A stretch of 64,000 bases of DNA from Candidatus Kuenenia stuttgartensis (GTDB lineage Bacteria; Planctomycetota; Planctomycetia; Pirellulales; UBA1268), in contig CAMCYH010000001.1 of assembly GCA_945883745.1 (NCBI GenBank), positions 16,946 through 80,945 on the forward strand. The letters run 5' to 3'. The stretch's first letter is position 1. Each line of letters begins with the position of its first letter. Positions 57,571 through 64,000 of this stretch are shown piece by piece. Made by a program: the position numbers and the translations under genes. The notes under the pieces were generated by a model. The model worked only from the letters and a program-made list of their open reading frames with translations. It was not told the origin of the DNA and did no database searches.

Positions 57571-58854
57571 CTACGATTGTGCAGGGAGCAGACGGTCGCT
57601 GGAGGCGTGGTTCGTCTGCGGGGAGCCCGCGAGTAGGAATTCCGGAAGGTCGTCCACTTCGACCGTGTCGCCCGCCGTGTTCCGTGCGATCGGCCGCGTC
57701 GGATTCCGTGGAAACGCCTCAAGCTCCCGCATACTCGTTCGGCCAACGGCCACGTCAAGCATCCTGCCAAATCTCTTGAAGACGCTCTCCTGCCGGTAAG
57801 GAATTCCGTGCTTCTCGCAGAGTGCCTTCACCTGCGGCTGGATCAGGCGGTACTGACGCATCGGCAGGTCGGGAATGAGGTGGTGCTCGATCTGGTAGTT
57901 GAGCCACAGACTCATGTAGTCGGTGAAATCGTCGCCGCAGTGGTAATTCGCCGATCCCATCACCTGGGTGACGTAAAACTCATCCTTACGGTGGTAATGG
58001 AAGGAAAAGCGGTAGAGGTCGTCGGCGGTGTGATTGGGAGCGATGACCAGAAAAGCATGGGCATTGGTGATCGCCTCGGCGAGCAGTTTGTTGCCCAGCA
58101 CGCACCAGACCGCGGTCGTGCCCAGCGGCAGAAACATCAGCGGAATAACGCCGAAATGCCAGGTTGCATACGGCAGATAGCATGTGGCCCAGAGCCGTCG
58201 CACCGTCGCACGACGAAAGTCGAGCACGCTCCCGATTGTGAAGGCCACGACCCGCGAGTGGTGGAGCCGCTTGCGGGTCACCGGGTCGAGAACGCTGAGG
58301 GAATTGGGGGCGTAGTAGATGATCTTCCAAGTGCAGGCCGCCAGCGCCATGAGCAGGTATTTGATCCACAGTGGTACCCGCATCTGGCGGAGAAACTCCA
58401 GATTTCGTTCCGCCAAGTCCGGGTCGGATTCCTCACCTGTGTGGTAGTGGTGAAGGATATTGTGCTCGTGATCCCAGGCATCGGGGTCGAGCCAGTCAAA
58501 CCAGTCGATGTATCTCCGCCAGCCGCGGGCAAATACGCGACTCGTGTATCGGGCGGGAATACCCGGCACGCGGTCGTACCCGCGGTGGGTGATGTGGTGG
58601 GCCAGGAGCCAGCGGGTGAATTGTCCAAGGCTCAGCAGAAAAGCCGTTATGGGATTGGGAATGGTCCAGGCCGTCGCGAGACCGAGGATGGCCGCGACAC
58701 GGCCGTACCGCTCGATCTTCCGCAAGTGGGCGAAGTCTTCCGGGCCGATCCGGCGGTAGGAATCAGCCTTCAGCCGCTCGATATCCGCGGAAAATCCCTC
58801 GACATTCATCCGTGAAAGGTCTGCAGAAGTCATCGCGATCGGGTTGGTGGTCAT
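57571..58854 (-). CDS. Membrane fatty-acid desaturase, front-end-type histidine boxes
   Basis: His boxes HHITH, HNILHH and the Gln-substituted third box in WLNYQIEHHLIPD. Start at ATG 58854 (MTTNPIAM). The upstream part of the 577-aa ORF is R/A/P-rich and treated as non-coding. Confidence 0.9.
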   Translation of the reverse strand: MTTNPIAMTSADLSRMNVEGFSADIERLKADSYRRIGPEDFAHLRKIERYGRVAAILGLATAWTIPNPITAFLLSLGQFTRWLLAHHITHRGYDRVPGIPARYTSRVFARGWRRYIDWFDWLDPDAWDHEHNILHHYHTGEESDPDLAERNLEFLRQMRVPLWIKYLLMALAACTWKIIYYAPNSLSVLDPVTRKRLHHSRVVAFTIGSVLDFRRATVRRLWATCYLPYATWHFGVIPLMFLPLGTTAVWCVLGNKLLAEAITNAHAFLVIAPNHTADDLYRFSFHYHRKDEFYVTQVMGSANYHCGDDFTDYMSLWLNYQIEHHLIPDLPMRQYRLIQPQVKALCEKHGIPYRQESVFKRFGRMLDVAVGRTSMRELEAFPRNPTRPIARNTAGDTVEVDDLPEFLLAGSPQTNHASSDRLLPAQS

Positions 58855-59038
58855 GGAAGCGGCACGTGGCTGGTGAAGGTTGCCGACAAGGGCCACAGAA
58901 TAGCGGGATCGGCCGTCAAGGTGATACACCAGCCGACTTTTTTCCGGCAGAGAGGGCGGTGCCAAAGCCACAGGAGGTGGCCTGAACGCCGCGTGGCCGG
59001 CCGTGCGGCCTATCCAGGGACGCCCAGCGCGTGGCCGT

Positions 59039-60445
59039 CTACGACGCGACCGCGTCATAGACATGGCCCTCGTTGGCATCGATCCGCTCGGGGCGACCGG
59101 CGTGGAAGTAGACAAGTTTCTTGTGGTCGAGGCCAAGCAGGTAGAGGATCGTGGAGTGGAGATCGTGGACGTGGAGACGGTTCTCCACTGCGTGAAGACC
59201 AATCTCGTCGGTGCTGCCATGCACCGTGCCGCCGCGGACACCGCCGCCGGCCATCCACATCGTGAATCCGCTTGGGTTGTGATCGCGTCCATTTCCTTTC
59301 TCACTCATCGGGGTGCGACCAAACTCCCCCCCCCAGACCACAAGCGTGTCATCGAGCAGACCACACCGCTTCAGGTCGGTGAGCAGCCCGGCAACCGGCT
59401 TGTCCATCTCTCGACACATCTTCGCATGATTTCCCTCGATGTCCTTGTGGGCATCCCACTTGCTGCCGGCACCGTGATAACACTGGACAAACCGCACACC
59501 CCGCTCCACGAGGCGGCGGGCAAGAAGACAGTTGCGGCCGAAGGCGCTTGTCTCCTTGTCGCCGAGCCCGTACAGCGCCTTGGTCTCGGCGGTCTCCGAA
59601 GAAAGATCGACTGCCTCCGGGGCATGAGCTTGCATCTGGAAGGCGAGCTCGTACGAACGGATGCGGGCATCGAGTTCGCTATTTTCACCGCGACCATCCT
59701 GATGCCGACGATTGCGTGCCTGGAGGTAGTCGAGCGTGAGTCGCTGCTGCGCAGCAGTGACATGGCTTGGTGGGGCGAGGTTGGGAAACGGCGGCCCCTC
59801 GACTTCGAGCGCGGCCCCCTGGTACACGGCGGGCATGAAACCGCTCCCCCAGTTCCGCGGACCATTGACGACGACGTCTTCACGGTCCTGCATCACCACA
59901 AACGCCGGAAGATTGTCATTCTCCGTGCCGAGGCCATAGGTCACCCAGCTGCCGAGAGACGGCCGGCCGGCAAATTGAGTGCCGGTATTCATCTGGCAGA
60001 CGCCGCCTGAGTGGTTGATGCCGTTGGTCCAACAGGAGCGGATGACGGCCAGTTCGTCAGCCTGCGTGGCGATGTGGGGAAGCCAGTCGCTGATCCAGAG
60101 GCCCGCCTCGCCGTGCTGCTTCCATGCACGCTTTGAGGCCAGAATCGGCGAGTCAAACTCACCCATCGACGTAATCACGCGGCCGAAGCTCTCTGGAACG
60201 GGCTTGCCCGCCAGGCGATCGAGCGCCGGCTTCGGATCAAACAGGTCGATGTGGCTGGGGCCGCCCTCCATGAAGAGGAAGATCACACTCTTGGCCCGTC
60301 CGGCCACATGCGGTGGCTTGGCTGCCAGTGGTGAAGCGCCTGCCGGAGAGGCCGCCGCCTCCCGGCCGCAGAGCCCGGCGAGAGCGACAGCCCCAAAGCC
60401 AGCCCCGGCCGATGTGAGCATTTCGCGACGGTTGAGAAAAGCCAT
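59039..60445 (-). CDS. DUF1501 domain protein (sulfatase-fold, Tat-signal)
   Basis: Tat-like N-terminus MAFLNRREMLTSAGAGFGAVALAG. A DUF1501-type core follows (FMEGGPSHIDLFDPKP ... GGEFGRTP ... GRDHNP). It is the typical partner of the upstream PSD1 gene. Confidence 0.92.
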   Translation of the reverse strand: MAFLNRREMLTSAGAGFGAVALAGLCGREAAASPAGASPLAAKPPHVAGRAKSVIFLFMEGGPSHIDLFDPKPALDRLAGKPVPESFGRVITSMGEFDSPILASKRAWKQHGEAGLWISDWLPHIATQADELAVIRSCWTNGINHSGGVCQMNTGTQFAGRPSLGSWVTYGLGTENDNLPAFVVMQDREDVVVNGPRNWGSGFMPAVYQGAALEVEGPPFPNLAPPSHVTAAQQRLTLDYLQARNRRHQDGRGENSELDARIRSYELAFQMQAHAPEAVDLSSETAETKALYGLGDKETSAFGRNCLLARRLVERGVRFVQCYHGAGSKWDAHKDIEGNHAKMCREMDKPVAGLLTDLKRCGLLDDTLVVWGGEFGRTPMSEKGNGRDHNPSGFTMWMAGGGVRGGTVHGSTDEIGLHAVENRLHVHDLHSTILYLLGLDHKKLVYFHAGRPERIDANEGHVYDAVAS

Positions 60446-60477
60446 TGTGATGTCCTGAGGCGAGTTCGAACCAAGAC

Positions 60478-63400
60478 TCAATCCAAGTAGAACAGCTCGT
60501 TGTCGTTGAGCAGGGCATGGACAACAGCGGCGCGAGCCTGCTCTCGTGGCGAGTGCAGGTCGAATGCGCCGACCGTCACATGGGCGTGGTGACCGTGGCC
60601 AGAGGCGTCGTGGCCAAGCATGGCGGGATTGTCAAACCGCCAGTCCAGCACCGCACCACGGGAGTCACCGGCCTCGACCTCTGCCGCTGAGAGGCGGGCG
60701 GCGTCGAGCTGCAGCCTCCCGACGAGGCCATCCCAGGCATGTTTGTCGGCACGGGTGCCGAGCCGCAACACCGCGCCGTCCTGAATGAAACGGTTCACCT
60801 CATGACGCACGCTCGCCGCCTGGAGCGGCGCATCGGGTGAGCTAAGATCGCGAAGGTAAAACGTGATCCCGCGGTCGCTCAGGTCGTCGAGATCGACACT
60901 GACACTGACAAAGTAGGGCCGGTCGAGCTCCAGTCGCAGGTTCGAGGGCACCACTTCGTAGTGAATGTTTTCGGCATCCTCGGTCTTCCCTACGAGTTGG
61001 AGGATCAGGTTCTGTGGCTGGTAACGGCTCTTCGCCGACGTCACCCCAAGCGACCAGCCAGGCTCTTTCGGATCGCCGGACCACGTGGCGGCGATCGTCC
61101 GCACCTTGGCGTCCTCGTAGACAGACCGCAGCAAGACCACGGTCCGGACGGTGAAGTTGTTGACCGGGAGGCAAGCCAGCTCCGGAAGATCAATCGCGAG
61201 CGGACCCTCCGGCGACAAGGCGACCGCGTGGGCGGCCGGACCTTCGACGACGCCGGGCATGGCCACGAGTTTTTCCGCTTCGGAGCGACGCCGATCGGCA
61301 GGCGTTATGCCCTCGTAGGACGCCATGAAGGCGGCAGCGTCTCGGAGTTCGCCTGCGGTCGCCTCCCGGCCGTAGAGCCGTCGATGGAGCGTGCTAACAA
61401 AATCACTGTCGGAGAGCGACTGAAGCCGGCGGGCGATTCCCCGAGCCTGCTCATGGGCCCAGTCACCATTTGCCAGGAGCAGCGCCTGCATCGGCGTCGT
61501 GGTACGGTGCCGCTCACCGGCCGACTGGATGCGGTCGGGAAGATCGAAGGCGGCCAGCAGTGGATCGGGCTTGTTGCGGCGGACGGGCTTGTAGATCGCC
61601 CGCTGCCGCGATTTGCCCGGCACAACACCGTCGGCTGTGGCGAGAATCGTGTCGGTGATCTCTTCGCCGGAAAGTCGCCGCGGATTCATGCGCCAGAAAA
61701 GCTTGTTTTCTGGATCGACGCGTGTGATGCGGTCGTCGGGATCGCGGTCGGAAGCCTGCTGAAACGTTGCCGACGTGAGGATGAGCCGATGGAGTTTCTT
61801 GAGGCTCCAGCCCTCCCGGATAAACCACGAGGCCAGCCAGTCGAGCAGCTCCGGGTGGGTCGGCGGCTGGCCGAGGTGGCCGAGGTCGCTGGTCGACGCC
61901 GACAGGCCCCGGCCGAAGTGCTGCTGCCAGACACGGTTGACGATGACTCGCGCGGTGAGGGGATTGCTCGGGCTGGCGATCCAGCGGGCCAAGGCCGTAC
62001 GTCGGCCGGTGGTGCCGAGGGCGGATGACGGGGGCTCGATCACGGTGGGCTCGGGGTCGAGCAGCGTAAGGAAGCCGGGATCGATCGGCACCATCGTGCG
62101 ATCGTCGGGGATGCGGGTGACGGGGGCCTCCGGCCCGACATCGGTCGCCACAAACGGCTGTGTCGGTAGCGGCTTTGGCTTGATGCTGTCATAGGCGGCA
62201 AGCTGCGCGAGTAGCTCTTTCCGCTCGGCGGCTGCCGCCTCGTCGAGGTGCTTGTCGAGGGCCTCCGGATGAAACGTAAACTGCCGTGCAGCCAGCGCTG
62301 CGAGCTGCTGCTCCTGGGGAGACCGATCCTCCGGACGCTTGGCGATCATCGCCTGGATCTCCGGAGGAAACATCTTCGGCTCCTGGCCCTTCGCATACCT
62401 GATGAGAAGGGGCCGTTCGATGGCGTCGAGCCGCCGCCGGATATCGGCTGTGGCGTGTTCCCAGGCCTGCTGCTTCGCGGCATACGCCGCCAGCGTGGCC
62501 AGATCGGCCACTGGCAGGGCCTCCGTGGGCTGGAACGCCGCGAAGAACGCCTGCAGCCGGTAGTAGTCCTTTTGTAGCAGCGGATCGAACTTGTGGTCGT
62601 GGCAACGGGCGCACTTGACGCTCTGCGCCAAGAAGACGTCGGCCGTGGTCTCGGTGAGGTCGTCCAGTATTTTCTGCCACTGCCCCTCCACGTCCCGCTG
62701 GTTCCATTCATAAATCCAGTGCCGCAGAAACATCGTGCCGATGACGGCATCGCGGTTGCCGGGATCGATCTCATCGCCGGCAAGCTGCTCCATCACGAAG
62801 CGGTCGTAGGGCTTGTCGGCGTTGAACGAGCGGATGCAATAGTCGCGGTACTCCTTGGCATGGGGCCGAGGATGATCGCCCCGATAGCCGTCGGAGTCGG
62901 CGTAGCGAACGAGGTCGAGCCAGAAGCGGGCCTGGTGTTCGCCATAGGCGGAATTCGCCAGCAGTTCGGCGACCAATTGCTCGACCGTAGCAGGATCCTG
63001 CAGGGTGCCGCCACCGTCTGTTTCGAGCAGGAGCCGTTCGCTCGGTGGCAGGCCCGTGACCGCGTAGTGAACCCGGCGGAGAACGGTCCCCGGTGAAGCG
63101 GCCGGAGCGGGGGCGATCCCCTGCTCTGCCAGCTTCGCAACCACGAACCTGTCGATCTCGTTGCGGCACCAGTCCGCCATCGCGGCCGGCGGCTCCGGCA
63201 CTGTCGGATTGGTAAGAGGCTGGTAGCACCACCAGGCCCGATCCTCGGCCGTGATCGGATTGGCCGGCGCGAGCACTGTTCCCTCTGGCCACGGTGCACC
63301 TGCGGCCACCCACTGCTCGATTCCGGCGATCACGGCATCGTCGAGTTTGCCGGTCGGTGGCATCTCCAACGACTCGTAGCGGAGCGCCTCCAGCAGCAAG

Positions 63401-63657
63401 CCTTCCGCGGGCTCTCCGGGCACGACGGCCGCGCCGGACTCGCCGCCGGCCAGGATTCCTTCTCGAGTGGCGAGGTTGAGCCCGGCCTCCTGCTTGGCTT
63501 CCCCGTGGCAGCGGATGCAATGAGCCACGAGCAACGGCCGGGCATGGATCTCAAAGAGATCGTCAGTCGCAGTCGGCAACTCGGCCGCCACCAGCATGTC
63601 CGAGATGCTCGCACACGCAATCACGCAAAGGATATGCCACACGGTTTTCTGTTTCAC
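60478..63657 (-). CDS. PSD1/PSCyt-domain protein (planctomycete cytochrome c + DUF1549 + DUF1553 + C-terminal LamG-like domain)
   Basis: Signal peptide present. PSCyt1 heme motif CIRCHGEAKQEAGLNL. DUF1549 motif CARCHDHKFDP. Long DUF1553 region. The C-terminus is concanavalin/LamG-like (WSLGVTS ... YFVSVSVD ... DGLVGRLQL). Confidence 0.92.
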   Translation of the reverse strand: MKQKTVWHILCVIACASISDMLVAAELPTATDDLFEIHARPLLVAHCIRCHGEAKQEAGLNLATREGILAGGESGAAVVPGEPAEGLLLEALRYESLEMPPTGKLDDAVIAGIEQWVAAGAPWPEGTVLAPANPITAEDRAWWCYQPLTNPTVPEPPAAMADWCRNEIDRFVVAKLAEQGIAPAPAASPGTVLRRVHYAVTGLPPSERLLLETDGGGTLQDPATVEQLVAELLANSAYGEHQARFWLDLVRYADSDGYRGDHPRPHAKEYRDYCIRSFNADKPYDRFVMEQLAGDEIDPGNRDAVIGTMFLRHWIYEWNQRDVEGQWQKILDDLTETTADVFLAQSVKCARCHDHKFDPLLQKDYYRLQAFFAAFQPTEALPVADLATLAAYAAKQQAWEHATADIRRRLDAIERPLLIRYAKGQEPKMFPPEIQAMIAKRPEDRSPQEQQLAALAARQFTFHPEALDKHLDEAAAAERKELLAQLAAYDSIKPKPLPTQPFVATDVGPEAPVTRIPDDRTMVPIDPGFLTLLDPEPTVIEPPSSALGTTGRRTALARWIASPSNPLTARVIVNRVWQQHFGRGLSASTSDLGHLGQPPTHPELLDWLASWFIREGWSLKKLHRLILTSATFQQASDRDPDDRITRVDPENKLFWRMNPRRLSGEEITDTILATADGVVPGKSRQRAIYKPVRRNKPDPLLAAFDLPDRIQSAGERHRTTTPMQALLLANGDWAHEQARGIARRLQSLSDSDFVSTLHRRLYGREATAGELRDAAAFMASYEGITPADRRRSEAEKLVAMPGVVEGPAAHAVALSPEGPLAIDLPELACLPVNNFTVRTVVLLRSVYEDAKVRTIAATWSGDPKEPGWSLGVTSAKSRYQPQNLILQLVGKTEDAENIHYEVVPSNLRLELDRPYFVSVSVDLDDLSDRGITFYLRDLSSPDAPLQAASVRHEVNRFIQDGAVLRLGTRADKHAWDGLVGRLQLDAARLSAAEVEAGDSRGAVLDWRFDNPAMLGHDASGHGHHAHVTVGAFDLHSPREQARAAVVHALLNDNELFYLD

Positions 63658-63702
63658 ACAAGGACCTTTCGGCTGTCGGAATCACTTCACCCACCAACCG
63701 CG

Positions 63703-64000
63703 TCAGTCGTCAAGCGGCGGCAGGCCCGCGATGAAGACCGGGTCGATCGTCGTCTTGTTGTCGGCGGCGTCTTGGATGAAGAGGCCGTCGCAGGTTTCGC
63801 CCTCCGCATAGCCAAGATCTGAGAGGTCAATCGCCACTGCGTTCGCCTGCGCCCGCACGGGGAGCAGGCTGCCATCGTTGGTCGAACTGGCCAACCATGC
63901 CGGCAGCGACGTCGGCGCTTCAGCGAACGAAAACAGCTGAAATGGCGCGAGCAACTGCGATTCGGGCGACGTCGAGTCGATGTCATAGGCGGTCACAGTG
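63703..64000 (-). CDS. Hypothetical protein, C-terminal fragment (ORF open at the window edge)
   Basis: The reading frame has no stop from 64000 down to the stop at 63703-63705. It lies 45 nt upstream of, and co-directional with, the PSD1 gene. No family recognised from the 97 visible residues. Confidence 0.35.
   Translation of the reverse strand, partial: TVTAYDIDSTSPESQLLAPFQLFSFAEAPTSLPAWLASSTNDGSLLPVRAQANAVAIDLSDLGYAEGETCDGLFIQDAADNKTTIDPVFIAGLPPLDD

Noticed and set aside
58855-59304. 150-codon N-terminal extension of the desaturase ORF, overlapping the DUF1501 3' end.
   Set aside because: The sequence is R/A/P/S-rich without TM segments. The desaturase-family sequence starts at MTTNPIAM (ATG 58854). 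The extension would overlap the DUF1501 coding end in the same direction.

Overview
This is a high-G+C bacterial chromosomal segment. It is almost certainly Planctomycetota, judging from the PSD1/PSCyt plus DUF1501 gene pair, a PVC-type heme-binding dehydrogenase with its SGNH partner, sulfatases, and very long antisense shadow ORFs. I call about 50 protein-coding genes. Reading by eye I found no rRNA, tRNA, CRISPR array, transposase or integrase, but the tRNA scan was not exhaustive.

Gene content from left to right:
- glgX.
- A His/Asp-rich lipoprotein followed by a CxxC secreted protein.
- DUF1802.
- A non-phosphorylative (Weimberg-like) sugar-acid cluster at 4.4-16.2 kb. It contains an SSS symporter, two alpha/beta-hydrolase::SMP-30 lactonase fusions, a KGSADH-like ALDH, a GntP permease, an IlvD/Edd dehydratase and a DHDPS/NAL-family enzyme.
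- A methyltransferase.
- A PfkB kinase / Ldh2 / 2-hydroxyacid dehydrogenase operon.
- hrpB, an OYE reductase, an APH/AAA kinase and a transglutaminase.
- A heme-dehydrogenase with its SGNH partner, then a sulfatase.
- An orphan MotA/ExbB-like plus two ExbD-like coiled-coil gene module.
- An AI-2E transporter and an SMR pump.
- A lipid-type cluster: MMPL, sulfotransferase, epimerase-family reductase, alpha/beta hydrolase, SDR and alpha-oxoamine synthase.
- A Ser/Thr kinase.
- glnII with a textbook sigma-54 promoter, a GGCT and a DEAD-box helicase.
- A DAACS symporter and a YeiH-like transporter.
- A PQQ-propeller protein with a histone-H1-like-tail partner.
- A front-end-type desaturase.
- The DUF1501/PSD1 pair.

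The four best leads:
1. The zinc-ribbon MotA/ExbB-like stator with two long-stalked ExbD-like partners and no recognisable client (34.8-38.7 kb).
2. A candidate sulfated sphingoid/aminolipid biosynthesis and export locus (40.2-47.7 kb).
3. Three tandem 74-bp units carrying two hairpins each, with compensatory base changes between copies (17.74-17.96 kb).
4. The sigma-54 promoter plus upstream direct repeats in front of glnII.

All functional calls rest on motif and family recognition from the translated ORFs. No database search was run.
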